A stretch of DNA of 64,000 bases, from the sequence record PZ296772.1. One strand, 5' to 3'. Below, in pieces: positions 18,567-28,602 of the stretch (within the stretch, counting starts at the first letter, position 1; each line of letters begins with the position of its first letter). Position numbers and translations under genes: made by a program. The notes under the pieces were generated by a model. That model made no database searches. It saw only the letters and a program-made list of their open reading frames with translations, and was not told the origin of the DNA. This DNA is from a phage.

Positions 18567-19033
18567 ATTATGATAGATTTTATCCCTGTGATTTTGTGAA
18601 TGGCCCTGGATGCAGGGTCGTTCTTTTCGTCACAGGTTGTTTGCATAAATGCGAAGGGTGTTATAATAAATCAACATGGAATGCTAGAAATGGTATTCCA
18701 TTCACTGGTGAAACACTGGAACAATTAATTGAATGTTTGAATAATGATTATACAGAAGGATTAACTATAACTGGGGGAGACCCTCTTTATCCTGATAACA
18801 GAGATGTGATTCATTGCATTGTTCAAACAGTAAAAAATCTTTATCCCAGTAAAAGCATTTGGTTGTGGACAGGATATAAGTTTGAAGATATTAAACAACT
18901 AGAAATGCTTAAATATGTTGATGTTATTATTGATGGGAAGTATGAGAAAAATCTTCCGACCAAAAAGCTGTGGCGAGGATCAGATAATCAGCGACTTTGG
19001 TCAAATACCGATGGGGTGTGGAAACATGATTAA
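18563..19033 (+). CDS. nrdG: anaerobic RNR activating enzyme (radical SAM)
   Basis: 156 aa; CLHKCEGC radical-SAM cluster motif; coupled to nrdD stop. Confidence 0.85.
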   Translation: MNYDRFYPCDFVNGPGCRVVLFVTGCLHKCEGCYNKSTWNARNGIPFTGETLEQLIECLNNDYTEGLTITGGDPLYPDNRDVIHCIVQTVKNLYPSKSIWLWTGYKFEDIKQLEMLKYVDVIIDGKYEKNLPTKKLWRGSDNQRLWSNTDGVWKHD

Positions 19034-19148
19034 ATTGAATTACATTATGGATACTATAAATGATATGATTTTTCATTTTGGTCCAGAATTTTATTCCCAA
19101 TATAGTTTAGTGCTTATCAATGCTTGGTTAATTAATTAAGGATAAAAT

Positions 19149-19364
19149 ATGTATAAATTTCGTAAAGGTTTAGCTGATTTTCTTACAACTGTAACATTCT
19201 TTCTGTTTATGGCAGTTGGAGCTATTTTTCTTATTCCTTTTACTGGTGTATTTTTCGTGATTAGTTTAATTTCTCCAGAAAAGGGCTTATCTTCTAATGA
19301 GTTCAATGAGCGTCTGGATAAAATTACTAACAAACTGAATTCTGTTCTTGATAAAAAGGCTTAA
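19149..19364 (+). CDS. membrane protein
   Basis: 71 aa with central hydrophobic segment. Confidence 0.45.
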   Translation: MYKFRKGLADFLTTVTFFLFMAVGAIFLIPFTGVFFVISLISPEKGLSSNEFNERLDKITNKLNSVLDKKA

Positions 19365-19366
19365 TT

Positions 19367-19684
19367 ATGATTAGTTTTGAGCGGTACGTGGTAGAGAGTT
19401 GGAATGGGTTTGATATGTTCGGTAATGACTATTATTTTTACGAATGTAATCTAAATCCTAGTTTTTGGGCTGGACGTGAACGAGATCTCGAAGAAATTAA
19501 TGCTCGTGCCGAATTGTTAGGTGAACTGCCTACAGTTTATTTTACATTTGATGAATCCGGCTTCGTTATCCAGGTTTATTTTCCTGAAGAAAACTCGGGT
19601 GAGGATTCTGTTAATCCTCCTTATTGGGCTTACCAAGGAATTATTTCTCGTGGAACAAAACTCGAACTTAAAGAACAAGATTGA
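19367..19684 (+). CDS. hypothetical protein
   Basis: 105-aa ORF. Confidence 0.45.
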   Translation: MISFERYVVESWNGFDMFGNDYYFYECNLNPSFWAGRERDLEEINARAELLGELPTVYFTFDESGFVIQVYFPEENSGEDSVNPPYWAYQGIISRGTKLELKEQD

Positions 19685-19973
19685 AATTTATGGCATCCCT
19701 GAAGAAGTTGGACGTTGTCCAGGATGTTATACTGTTACAAAACTTTTAAAGGAGCTCAATGTTCCTTATACATTTTATAAAGTCCTCACTAATAATGGTA
19801 AGATTGAATACGACCGTCCTTTAATCGTATCTCTTGCTAAACGTGCAGGATTCACTTCACTTAATATTCGTTATCCTGTCATATTTTTAAATGATAAGAA
19901 ACAAAAGAATATTGCAGAGTTTAAAAAGTCCTTGATTTCATTAGGATACGACTCTGATATCATAGAAGATTGA
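19650..19973 (+). CDS. nrdH: glutaredoxin/thioredoxin-fold protein (NrdH-like); probable GTG start
   Basis: KIEIYGIPEEVGRCPGCYTV with CPGC redox motif and YPVIF; GTG at 19650 has AAGGA about 10 nt upstream; overlaps upstream gene. Confidence 0.5.
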   Translation: MEQNSNLKNKIEIYGIPEEVGRCPGCYTVTKLLKELNVPYTFYKVLTNNGKIEYDRPLIVSLAKRAGFTSLNIRYPVIFLNDKKQKNIAEFKKSLISLGYDSDIIED

Positions 19974-19979
19974 CCAGGT

Positions 19980-19998
19980 GCCGCCTGGTCTTCTTTAT
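19980..19998 (+). terminator. terminator-like hairpin
   Basis: gaccagg-tgccg-cctggtc stem-loop with weak T-rich tail. Confidence 0.35.
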
Positions 19999-20083
19999 CC
20001 TATTTCTAATATAATCCATTGGAATCTTCACTTCACTATCTCCTTGTGCCCCTCTCAAATCAAAAATATTTTTCATAAAACAG

Positions 20084-20111
20084 TTTACATCCTCGATAGA
20101 TGTGTTAAGAT
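20084..20111 (+). promoter_or_regulatory. early promoter-like
   Basis: GTTTAC, 17 nt, TAAGAT. Confidence 0.45.
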
Positions 20112-20139
20112 TAAACCAACTGCTATAGAGGAAAACAAA

Positions 20140-20322
20140 ATGACAATTGAAGATAAAGAAATTAAGGTTGACCAGTACTATTCTGTCAACGGTAACGCAG
20201 TACAGATAACCGGAGTTTCAAGCCTGGATGTTTGGTACCGTTCAATCAAATATCCAGAAATTGGTGAAATGCTTTGTGACCGTAGTATCTTCTGTTCAAT
20301 TGCGAAGGAAATTAAGCCATGA
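20140..20322 (+). CDS. hypothetical protein
   Basis: Start moved to ATG after AGAGGA; 60 aa. Confidence 0.45.
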   Translation: MTIEDKEIKVDQYYSVNGNAVQITGVSSLDVWYRSIKYPEIGEMLCDRSIFCSIAKEIKP

Positions 20323-20567
20323 TTAGTTTAGATTCAAAGAAGGTTGTTCTAACCCTTAAAGTTAATGACGAGCATCCGGTATTCATTACCATTTCCGATT
20401 TGCATGTTGAAATTGCTAATGGCGTTCGTACTTATCAAGCAAATAAAACTCATTGGGACTATATCCCAATGTTGACGCTTACTCAGCGTTTAGAATCAAT
20501 CGGTCTTAAAGACCTTTCAGTAAGTGAAGTGAATTTTATCAAACGCATTGTATCAATCAACCTCTGA
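20319..20567 (+). CDS. hypothetical protein
   Basis: 82-aa ORF, coupled start. Confidence 0.45.
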   Translation: MISLDSKKVVLTLKVNDEHPVFITISDLHVEIANGVRTYQANKTHWDYIPMLTLTQRLESIGLKDLSVSEVNFIKRIVSINL

Positions 20568-20574
20568 GGTACTT

Positions 20575-20868
20575 ATGGGTAAAACATATCGTCGTAAAGA
20601 TTTGAAAGTTCGCGATTACGACTATTTTGGTAAGCGTAAAGCTCCTGACGGTGTTAGCCACAAAGACATGGTTGAAAACATCTTCCGCTCAGATAAATGG
20701 AAACGTATGAAAGGTGTTGATTCTGAAGTCAAGAACGAAATGAATCGACAACTCCGCAAAGAAGTTCGTAAGTTGAAAAAAGATGTTTACAGTAAAGAAG
20801 ATTATGATTATAATACTTCTCATACTGAAGCCAAACGTAAAGCTAACGAATGTTATCGTTACAGTTGA
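20575..20868 (+). CDS. highly basic Lys/Arg-rich protein
   Basis: Start moved to ATG after GAGG; about 30% K+R. Confidence 0.45.
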   Translation: MGKTYRRKDLKVRDYDYFGKRKAPDGVSHKDMVENIFRSDKWKRMKGVDSEVKNEMNRQLRKEVRKLKKDVYSKEDYDYNTSHTEAKRKANECYRYS

Positions 20869-20875
20869 GGAAATT

Positions 20876-21007
20876 ATGAATATCAAACGCTGGCTTTTTA
20901 AGCAAGGGTTCTACACTTTAAATTCTGCTCCAAAAGGCGATACAACTAAGTGGTCAGTAAATGACTGGATTAAATTTATTGATGAAAACGGTAACTGGAA
21001 AATTTAA
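20876..21007 (+). CDS. hypothetical small protein
   Basis: 43-aa ORF with GAGGA RBS; upstream part of the track ORF overlaps the previous gene. Confidence 0.35.
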   Translation: MNIKRWLFKQGFYTLNSAPKGDTTKWSVNDWIKFIDENGNWKI

Positions 21008-21208
21008 ATGAATCCTGAAAATATTGTGTCATGGCAACTTCGTGAAGAACGTGCAGAATTCTTTGCCAATATGAAACTCAACGGCGTTGAGGATGAAGAC
21101 TTCTTACGTTGGTTCTGGATTTACAAATACAAAGAATGCCAGCACGCTGTACTACTGACTTGTGCAGTTATGTACGAAGGCTGGAAAGGCGCTAAAAAGT
21201 TCGGTTAA
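21008..21208 (+). CDS. hypothetical protein
   Basis: 66-aa ORF, coupled start (taaATG). Confidence 0.4.
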   Translation: MNPENIVSWQLREERAEFFANMKLNGVEDEDFLRWFWIYKYKECQHAVLLTCAVMYEGWKGAKKFG

Positions 21209-21211
21209 TAA

Positions 21212-21250
21212 TGTACAACGATAGGAAGACATGTTATTATCTTCCTATCG
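21212..21250 (+). promoter_or_regulatory. promoter inside inverted repeat
   Basis: TGTACA ... TATTAT flanked by perfect 10-bp inverted repeat cgataggaag/cttcctatcg. Confidence 0.5.
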
Positions 21251-21271
21251 TCTTAAAATGAGGAAAATATC

Positions 21272-21511
21272 ATGGCCCAAGAATTAGATTTTATCAAATT
21301 CAAAAAACACCTCGACGTTAAAATTGGGGATTCAATTGTTAGGATTGAGTATGACATTTTAACAGATGCTATTACTGTTAGTTGTGATGGAAATAGTTTC
21401 AGCTTCGATACAACCGAAAACAAATACCCAATCTATAAAGGCATCTTTGATATGGGTGTTGATATCACTCCACGTGATACAAATTACTTACTTTTCATGC
21501 TTAAAAAATAA
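21272..21511 (+). CDS. hypothetical protein
   Basis: 79 aa; RBS GAGGAAAA. Confidence 0.45.
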   Translation: MAQELDFIKFKKHLDVKIGDSIVRIEYDILTDAITVSCDGNSFSFDTTENKYPIYKGIFDMGVDITPRDTNYLLFMLKK

Positions 21512-21576
21512 TATACAACTCTTGAGAGATGAGTATAATTCTCTAGTTGGATAATAAAATAACCGAGGAAAATAAT

Positions 21577-21909
21577 ATGTCTACTAAAATCAAAAACGTA
21601 GTTAATTCTTTCGCTTTCGATAAAGTTGTTGCTCTTCTGGAATCCGGCAATATTGTTACTCCTCAAGTTCTTGACGCGTGGGAATTCCGTCTTTATGAAA
21701 TCATGCAAAAACATGGCCAGAAAATTGGACGTAATTCTATTCGCGAAATTCTAGTACAATATATTCTTTCTGAATTTGACGTTGCTGCATTTGGTGTTGA
21801 ATCTAAAGCTTATCAGAAACATGAAATCTCTGAAAAGACTATCCGTCGTATGAAAAATCAACGTAAGAAAAAATTCGTTGACCTGAAAATTGTTAAGGCG
21901 GTAAAATGA
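21577..21909 (+). CDS. hypothetical protein
   Basis: Start moved to ATG after GAGGAAAA; 110 aa. Confidence 0.45.
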   Translation: MSTKIKNVVNSFAFDKVVALLESGNIVTPQVLDAWEFRLYEIMQKHGQKIGRNSIREILVQYILSEFDVAAFGVESKAYQKHEISEKTIRRMKNQRKKKFVDLKIVKAVK

Positions 21910-22133
21910 GCGTATTAACAGAAACTTTGATTAATGACCTGCGTCTAGCTGGTTACGAAGTTGGTACAAATAGCCTAGGTCTTCCTCAGATTGAAGGTCC
22001 TGGATTTATTCTAGAATATGAATTCAAACAATGGTGGTTATATGCTACGGTTGACGATGCGTTGAATATTGATTTCGTTGACCAATTTGATTCGCTGGAT
22101 GCTGCTCTTGAAGCAGCAAAGGAACTAGAATGA
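21906..22133 (+). CDS. hypothetical acidic protein
   Basis: 75 aa, coupled start. Confidence 0.4.
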   Translation: MSVLTETLINDLRLAGYEVGTNSLGLPQIEGPGFILEYEFKQWWLYATVDDALNIDFVDQFDSLDAALEAAKELE

Positions 22134-22399
22134 AATTAACTCGAATCAGTATAACTGAAGAAAAGCTTGGCGAATTTTATGTTGACGAATACATGAAAGT
22201 CACGTATTTTCCATTCGTTAAAGGTGTTGGTTTTTGGGAAACTCATGTATCTCAATTAAACGAAGGCGACTATAACGAAACACATGAGAACTTTTTAGAT
22301 TTTCTTTATAATGCCGGTCTTACTGAGCTTTATATCGATATCCATGAGTTCAAACGTTTAATGGAAAAAGTGTTTCAGGCTTATTGTTTGCTCCGATAG
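22130..22399 (+). CDS. hypothetical protein
   Basis: 89 aa, coupled start. Confidence 0.4.
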   Translation: MKLTRISITEEKLGEFYVDEYMKVTYFPFVKGVGFWETHVSQLNEGDYNETHENFLDFLYNAGLTELYIDIHEFKRLMEKVFQAYCLLR

Positions 22400-22406
22400 T
22401 ATCTCG

Positions 22407-22442
22407 TGCTTTAAGATAGGTCTCTAAATATTATGATATAAT
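22407..22442 (+). promoter_or_regulatory. promoter-like region upstream of gene 55
   Basis: TGCTTTA Mot-box-like element, ataggtct/agacctat inverted repeat and TATAAT. Confidence 0.4.
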
Positions 22443-22471
22443 AGACCTATGAATTGAGCCAAGAGGTACTT

Positions 22472-23029
22472 ATGACTGAACAAAAACCTAAAAATAACTA
22501 TGTGAATAATAAAGAGCTTCTCGCCGCTATAATCGAGTGGAAAAAGGAGCTCTTAAATAATAAAGACCCAAACAAAATTATTCGTCAGAATGATACCATC
22601 GGTTTAGCAATTATGCTTATCGCCGAAGGCCTGTCCAAACGTTTCAACTTTTCAGGATATACCCAGTCTTGGAAGCAGGAGATGATTGCAGATGGGATTG
22701 AAGCCTCTATTAAGGGACTTCATAATTTCGACGAAACTAAGTACAATAACCCACATGCATACATAACTCGAGCTTGTTTTAATGCTTTTGTCCAACGTAT
22801 CAAAAAAGAACGTAAGGAAGTTGCAAAGAAATATAGTTACTTCGTTCATAATGTCTACGACAGTCATGACGATGATATGGTAGCGTTGGTAGATGAAACG
22901 TTTATTCAAGACATCTACGATAAAATGACGCATTATGAAGAATCCGCTTATAAAGCTCCTGGGGCTGAAAAGAAGGAAGTTGTTAGCGATTCGCCTAGTT
23001 TGGATTTTTTATATGAGGATGACAATTGA
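22472..23029 (+). CDS. 55: late-transcription sigma factor gp55
   Basis: Start moved to ATG after AAGAGG; 185 aa as in T4; N-terminus [23 protein letters not shown] matches recalled T4 gp55. Confidence 0.8.
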   Translation: MTEQKPKNNYVNNKELLAAIIEWKKELLNNKDPNKIIRQNDTIGLAIMLIAEGLSKRFNFSGYTQSWKQEMIADGIEASIKGLHNFDETKYNNPHAYITRACFNAFVQRIKKERKEVAKKYSYFVHNVYDSHDDDMVALVDETFIQDIYDKMTHYEESAYKAPGAEKKEVVSDSPSLDFLYEDDN

Positions 23030-23228
23030 CATCTCTAACTACTTAGAAGAACCTTTTGACGAAGCAATCCCTTATTTGGTAAAACTGTTGGGTCGTGAAT
23101 TTAAAATTAATTTTGACATCGACCCTTTGAACCCACATGACGTGTCATTTTCGATAAATGGGACTCCGGTTGAGTATGAGTTCTGTATTGAAGAGGATGG
23201 ACGTTTTTATTTTAATTTAATGAGATAA
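23019..23228 (+). CDS. hypothetical protein
   Basis: Internal ATG start overlapping the gp55 stop. Confidence 0.35.
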   Translation: MTIDISNYLEEPFDEAIPYLVKLLGREFKINFDIDPLNPHDVSFSINGTPVEYEFCIEEDGRFYFNLMR

Positions 23229-23229
23229 T

Positions 23230-23553
23230 ATGACTACCGAGATTATTGAAAATAAAGAAGCAGAAGATGCAGTAGCTAAAATGCTACAAGAAATCCAAAA
23301 GAAAAATGAAGCTGAAGCACGTAAAAAATCCGAAAAGATTCTTAAAAAGAATCGTTTTGAACTAAACCGTCTTTATGCTCATGCTCAAGAAGCAGCAATT
23401 CAAAACAACTTCGAAGCTTACGAATATGCTATTAAGAAATCTCGGGATATTCTACGACAACCATATAATGACAAGTTAATTAAAATCCAGTGGGTTACTA
23501 CTCGTCAGGCTATTGAGGACATCATTAATGGCGCTAGTTCAAACAAAGTTTAA
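23230..23553 (+). CDS. hypothetical protein
   Basis: 107 aa, charged and helical. Confidence 0.45.
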   Translation: MTTEIIENKEAEDAVAKMLQEIQKKNEAEARKKSEKILKKNRFELNRLYAHAQEAAIQNNFEAYEYAIKKSRDILRQPYNDKLIKIQWVTTRQAIEDIINGASSNKV

Positions 23554-23773
23554 ACGATTGAAGCTGAACGCAGGGTTCACCCTTAAATTGGGAGGTCCTC
23601 TTTGTGTTAAAATCTCTGAAAAGGAATATCACGACAGTTCTATTACAGAAATTTGTCCACCTATTGTAAAGGCAGACCCAAAACAACTCGTGTGGGTTGA
23701 TTCATTTCAAGTTAAGAAATGGTGGAAACGATGAGAGAAATCGATTTAGGCATTTTCTGAGAGGTGATTATGC

Positions 23774-23947
23774 ATGACGAACATCCCGACTTCTGAAAAT
23801 TTCGATAAAATCCGTAAAGGCAAAGCAGAAAGAATGAGACGTTTTAAAGAGTCTTATGATAAAGCTAAAGCCGAAGGAACTATTACGTACAAGCCCATTC
23901 GATTTAAAAGTTCAAATGAGCCTCTGTACGGTGTACTATGTGGATAG
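23774..23947 (+). CDS. hypothetical small protein (below ORF-track threshold)
   Basis: 57-aa ORF MTNIPTSENFDKIRKGKAER... with GAGAGG RBS, ending at a strong terminator. Confidence 0.3.
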   Translation: MTNIPTSENFDKIRKGKAERMRRFKESYDKAKAEGTITYKPIRFKSSNEPLYGVLCG

Positions 23948-23970
23948 GAACTCTTCGGAGTTCCTTTTTT
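23947..23970 (+). terminator. rho-independent terminator
   Basis: ggaactc-TTCG-gagttcc followed by T6. Confidence 0.65.
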
Positions 23971-24016
23971 GCTTTATAAACGGATGATAGAATGAATTAA
24001 CTAATGAGGAAATAAT

Positions 24017-25036
24017 ATGAAAATTTTGCACTTAGGCGACTTCCATATCGGAGTCAAACAAGACGACCCATGGGTTCAAGATATTCAACGTGATGGTATT
24101 CGTCAAGCAATTGAATACTCTAAGAAACACGGGATTAAAACTTGGATTCAGTACGGCGATTGGTTTGACGTCCGTAAAGCAATAACACATCGTACAATGG
24201 AATTCAATCGTGAAATCGTTGATATGATTTCTAAAGCAGGCATTCACGTTCATGTCACGATAGGAAACCATGACATGGCGTTTAAGAATACAATAACACC
24301 TAACACTGTTTCTGAATTGTTAACTCAATTTGAAAACTTTACTATTTACGAGCGTCCGACTACTGTAGATTTTGACGGATGTCTGATTGATATCGTTCCA
24401 TGGATGTGTGAAGAAAATACAGGTGAAATCTTAGAGCACATCAAGACTTCTTCCGCAGCGTATTGTGTTGGGCACTGGGAACTGAACGGCTTTTATTTCT
24501 ATAAAGGAATGAAGTCTCATGGGCTTGAACCTGATTTCTTAAAGACCTATAAACAAGTCTGGTCCGGCCACTTCCACACAATCTCTGAAGCTGCTAACGT
24601 CAAATATATTGGGACACCATGGACCCTTACTGCAGGCGATGAGAACGACCCACGCGGATTCTGGGTATTTGACACTGATGTTGAACGTATGGAATTTATT
24701 CCTAATGAAACAACATGGCATCGACGAATCACTTATCCGTTTAAAGGCAAAATCAATTATTCTGATTATACTAATCTAGCCGTACGTGTTATAGTATCAG
24801 AAATTGATTCAGAGTTGACTAAGTTTGAATCTGAACTTGAAAAAGTAGTTCACTCTCTTCGTATGGTTTCTAAAGTTGATAACAGTGTTGAATCTGATGA
24901 TGACCAGGAAATCGAGATTAAATCACTTCAAGATATCATTAAAGAATATATTGACGCGATTCCAGATATCTCAGACGAAGACAGAGAAGCGCTGGTCAAA
25001 TATTCCAACGAACTTTATATTGAGGCAACACAATGA
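24017..25036 (+). CDS. 47: recombination endonuclease subunit gp47 (Mre11-like)
   Basis: 339 aa; phosphoesterase motifs LGDFHIG, GDWFD, IGNHD, GHWE; matches recalled T4 gp47. Confidence 0.9.
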   Translation: MKILHLGDFHIGVKQDDPWVQDIQRDGIRQAIEYSKKHGIKTWIQYGDWFDVRKAITHRTMEFNREIVDMISKAGIHVHVTIGNHDMAFKNTITPNTVSELLTQFENFTIYERPTTVDFDGCLIDIVPWMCEENTGEILEHIKTSSAAYCVGHWELNGFYFYKGMKSHGLEPDFLKTYKQVWSGHFHTISEAANVKYIGTPWTLTAGDENDPRGFWVFDTDVERMEFIPNETTWHRRITYPFKGKINYSDYTNLAVRVIVSEIDSELTKFESELEKVVHSLRMVSKVDNSVESDDDQEIEIKSLQDIIKEYIDAIPDISDEDREALVKYSNELYIEATQ

Positions 25037-25290
25037 CTTTAGATGAATTTAACAATGCTGGGCTCGGGCTTGAAGTTGAAATAGACGTTAAAGATGATGA
25101 TGGATTCGAGAACACCATCAAGTATTGGATTGAGCCATTACGCGTTGAAGGCAATGAAGTTAAAGCAGTTCATGTCTGCACCGACTGGGCTATTGAATTT
25201 AGCTTTAATATAATGGACAACGATACTCCCGGCTCTATTCTTAAAATGGCTGAAGCGTGTATCGAGGATGCGTATAATGACGAAGACTGA
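25033..25290 (+). CDS. hypothetical acidic protein
   Basis: 85 aa, coupled start. Confidence 0.45.
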   Translation: MTLDEFNNAGLGLEVEIDVKDDDGFENTIKYWIEPLRVEGNEVKAVHVCTDWAIEFSFNIMDNDTPGSILKMAEACIEDAYNDED

Positions 25291-25516
25291 TTATAAAATC
25301 CATCGTCATGAATTTAGTATTGGTGACGGTTATATTGGTATCGTTGAATGGACTGAGAATTACGAGGAATCAACTCCTCGTTTCTTTGGAACAATGTATG
25401 TTACCTGTGAGTACGCACCAGGTGTTGTTATGTATGCAGAACTAGATGAATATTTTGCTGATAGAGATGACATGTTAAAATATGTAGAGGACTTCATTCG
25501 AAGAGAATACATATGA
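25268..25516 (+). CDS. hypothetical protein
   Basis: 82 aa, coupled start. Confidence 0.45.
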   Translation: MRIMTKTDYKIHRHEFSIGDGYIGIVEWTENYEESTPRFFGTMYVTCEYAPGVVMYAELDEYFADRDDMLKYVEDFIRREYI

Positions 25517-27201
25517 AATCATTTAAATTAAATCGTGTTCGTTATCAAAACATCATGTCGGTAGGTGGGAATCCTATTGATATCCAATTAGATAAAGTCC
25601 AAAAGACATTAATCACCGGTAAAAACGGCGGTGGTAAATCTACGATGTTAGAAGCCATTACTTTCGGACTTTTCGGTAAACCATTTCGTGATGTTAAGAA
25701 AGGACAAATCATTAACAGCACGAATAAGAAAGAGCTCTTAGTTGAGCTTTGGATGGAATTCGATGATAAAAAATACTTCATTAAACGCGGCCAAAAGCCC
25801 AATATTTTCGAAATCTCCGTTGACGGTGTTCGTCTTGATGAATCTGCCAGCAGTCGGGACTTCCAAGAAGAATTTGAACGTAGCATCGGAATGTCATACG
25901 CGTCTTTTAAACAAATCGTTGTGCTTGGGACGGCAGGGTATACCCCTTTCATGGCTCTTAGCACCCCTGCTCGTAGAAAACTTGTCGAAGACCTTTTAGA
26001 AGTCGGCACACTCGCTGAAATGGATAAAATCAATAAGTCTCAAGTTCGAGAACTTAATTCCCAGGGACAAGTTCTAGATGCCAAGAAAGATGGTATTATC
26101 CAACAAATTAAGATTTATAACGAGAATATTGAACGTCAAAAGAAATTATCTGGTGATAATGTAGCGCGTCTACAGAATATGTATGACGATCTAGCCAAAG
26201 AAGCTCGTTCATTAAAAGCAGAAATCGAAGAAGCTAATGAGCGACTACTTAATATCGTTCTTGATGAAGACCCTACTGAGGCATTCAACAAGATCGGACA
26301 AGAAGCATTCTTGATTAAATCTAAAATTGACTCATATAACAAAGTTATTAAGATGTATCATGATGGCGGTACATGTCCTACTTGTGCATCACAGTTGCAC
26401 CAGGGTGATCCTATTGTCTCTAAGATTACCGATAAGCTTCACGAATGTAATCACTCATTCGAGCAACTTACATGTCACAGAGATAATCTGAGTGTCCTAG
26501 TGGACGAATATAGAGCTAATGTTAAGACTAAACAGGACCTTGCATCTGATATTCGTACCAAGAAACAAGCAATGATTGCCACTATTGATAAAGCTAAGAA
26601 AGTTAAAGCTGCAATAGAGCAAGCCTCAGCAGAATTTATCGACCATGCTGATGAGATAGCTTTGCTTCAAAAAGAACTTGATAAAATCATTAAAACAAAA
26701 TCAGACATCGTTCTTGAAAAATACCATCGTGGTATTATCACAGATATGTTAAAAGATTCTGGTATTAAAGGTGCTATCATTAAAAAATATGTGCCTTTGT
26801 TCAACAAGCAGATTAACCATTATCTTAAAATCATGGAAGCTGATTACGTGTTTTCTATTGACGAAGAATTCAATGAATCTATAAAATCACGTGGTCGTGA
26901 AGACTTTAGTTATGCTTCATTTAGTCAAGGTGAAAAGGCCCGTATCGATATCGCACTGTTGTTTACATGGCGAGATATTGCTGAAAAGGTCTCTGGTGTT
27001 AAAATCAACACTCTGATTCTTGATGAGGTTTTTGATGGTGCTGTCGATTCTGAGGCTGTTAAGGCTATAGATACCATCCTTGGTAGTTTACAAAATACTA
27101 ATGTGTTCATTATCTCTCATCGAGATCATGACCCTCAACGTTATGGACAACATCTTCAAATGAGCAAAGTTGGACGATTTACTGTAATGACTGTTTCATA
27201 A
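25513..27201 (+). CDS. 46: recombination endonuclease subunit gp46 (Rad50/SbcC-like ATPase)
   Basis: 562 aa; Walker A GKNGGGKST; central coiled coil with zinc hook CPTC; signature FSQGEKAR; Walker B LILDEVF. Confidence 0.9.
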   Translation: MKSFKLNRVRYQNIMSVGGNPIDIQLDKVQKTLITGKNGGGKSTMLEAITFGLFGKPFRDVKKGQIINSTNKKELLVELWMEFDDKKYFIKRGQKPNIFEISVDGVRLDESASSRDFQEEFERSIGMSYASFKQIVVLGTAGYTPFMALSTPARRKLVEDLLEVGTLAEMDKINKSQVRELNSQGQVLDAKKDGIIQQIKIYNENIERQKKLSGDNVARLQNMYDDLAKEARSLKAEIEEANERLLNIVLDEDPTEAFNKIGQEAFLIKSKIDSYNKVIKMYHDGGTCPTCASQLHQGDPIVSKITDKLHECNHSFEQLTCHRDNLSVLVDEYRANVKTKQDLASDIRTKKQAMIATIDKAKKVKAAIEQASAEFIDHADEIALLQKELDKIIKTKSDIVLEKYHRGIITDMLKDSGIKGAIIKKYVPLFNKQINHYLKIMEADYVFSIDEEFNESIKSRGREDFSYASFSQGEKARIDIALLFTWRDIAEKVSGVKINTLILDEVFDGAVDSEAVKAIDTILGSLQNTNVFIISHRDHDPQRYGQHLQMSKVGRFTVMTVS

Positions 27202-27227
27202 ACGCTTTAACACGATGTGGTTATAAT
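27200..27227 (+). promoter_or_regulatory. MotA-box-like middle promoter inside inverted repeat
   Basis: aaaCGCTTTA, 12 nt, TATAAT; -10 flanked by gatgtggt/accacatc inverted repeat. Confidence 0.45.
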
Positions 27228-27255
27228 GACCACATCAAATTAAATGGAGAACAAC

Positions 27256-27444
27256 ATGGAGTATTCAACTGGCCAACATCTTCTCGTTGTCCCTGAAATT
27301 AAAAAATATGTTTTGACCAATACGTTTTCAGGTGAAGAACATATTGTTACTGAACAAATGCTCAAATCTGCTTTTAAAGATGAGTATAATAAAATAATGT
27401 CTAATCGCAATTCCGCCTGGACAGTTACCGACTTCTACGAATAA
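27256..27444 (+). CDS. hypothetical protein
   Basis: Start moved to ATG after GGAGAA. Confidence 0.4.
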   Translation: MEYSTGQHLLVVPEIKKYVLTNTFSGEEHIVTEQMLKSAFKDEYNKIMSNRNSAWTVTDFYE

Positions 27445-27456
27445 GAGAGAAATAAT

Positions 27457-27873
27457 ATGTTTACTACTGCTAAAGGTTTCACTGCTGCTGATCTGAAAGT
27501 TACTTCTATCCGTACTGACGTTAACCCACATAACCATAATCGTGTTCGTAAAGCATGGGTCCTGCATTGTGATGACGCAAGTGCTAAAAAACTTCAATCT
27601 TTGCCACAAGAAACTCGTTTTATGATTTATGGTTTTATTGATAACGATGTATCTGATATGTGGATTCATCTGATGCGTAAGCACTATAAAGATTCTATTG
27701 AAGCTGGCGGAAAAATCGTTCTTGATAAAGACGGTTCTGAGCGTCTGGAAGATTTATATTGTGTTGATGCAGACGAACAACTAATTGCAGCTGGCGAAAT
27801 TGTTGCTTCTAAAATTCCAGAATATATTGAATCATTGCCTGAAGCTATTAAAAAGCAGATGGTTGCTGCATAA
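27457..27873 (+). CDS. hypothetical protein (position of T4 rpbA)
   Basis: 138 aa immediately upstream of gene 45; name by synteny only. Confidence 0.4.
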   Translation: MFTTAKGFTAADLKVTSIRTDVNPHNHNRVRKAWVLHCDDASAKKLQSLPQETRFMIYGFIDNDVSDMWIHLMRKHYKDSIEAGGKIVLDKDGSERLEDLYCVDADEQLIAAGEIVASKIPEYIESLPEAIKKQMVAA

Positions 27874-27915
27874 TAAATTTGTTATAAACTTTGAATTGTC
27901 TTGAAAGGAAATAAA

Positions 27916-28602
27916 ATGAAACTGTCTAAAGATACTATTGCTATTCTGAAAAACTTTGCCTCTATTAACTCCGGTATTCTGCTGAGTCAAGGTAAATTTA
28001 TTATGACTCGTGCAGTTAATGGCACTACTTATGCGGAAGCAAATATCTCTGATGAAATTGATTTTGACGTAGCACTTTATGATTTGAATAGCTTCTTAAG
28101 CATTTTGAGTCTAGTGTCTGATGATGCTGAAATTTCAATGCACACTGATGGTAATATTAAAATTGCAGATACACGTTCCACAGTTTATTGGCCTGCCGCT
28201 GACAAGAGCACTATTGTTTTTCCTAATAAGCCAATTCAATTCCCAGTGGCTTCTGTGATTACTGAAATTAAAGCCGAAGACCTTCAACAATTGCTTCGAG
28301 TTTCACGTGGTCTTCAGATTGATACAATTGCTATTACAAATAAAGATGGTAAAATTGTTATCAATGGCTATAATAAAGTTGAAGATTCAGGACTAACTCG
28401 TCCTAAGTATTCTTTGACTCTTACCGATTATGATGGTTCTAACAACTTTAACTTCGTAATCAATATGGCTAATATGAAAATCCAGCCAGGTAACTATAAA
28501 GTAATGCTGTGGGGAGCCGGTGATAAAGTTGCAGCCAAGTTTGAAAGCTCTCAAGTAAGTTATATTATTGCGATGGAAGCCGATTCTACCCACGACTTCT
28601 AA
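27916..28602 (+). CDS. 45: sliding clamp gp45
   Basis: Start moved to ATG after AAAGGAAA; 228 aa as in T4; MKLSKDTIAILKNFASINSGILL matches recalled T4 gp45. Confidence 0.85.
   Translation: MKLSKDTIAILKNFASINSGILLSQGKFIMTRAVNGTTYAEANISDEIDFDVALYDLNSFLSILSLVSDDAEISMHTDGNIKIADTRSTVYWPAADKSTIVFPNKPIQFPVASVITEIKAEDLQQLLRVSRGLQIDTIAITNKDGKIVINGYNKVEDSGLTRPKYSLTLTDYDGSNNFNFVINMANMKIQPGNYKVMLWGAGDKVAAKFESSQVSYIIAMEADSTHDF

Noticed and set aside
19367-19973. Possible programmed frameshift or non-canonical start for the NrdH-like gene
   Set aside because: An in-frame GTG at 19650 with an AAGGA about 10 nt upstream gives a normal start; the long upstream extension in the ORF track is an alternative-frame overlap.
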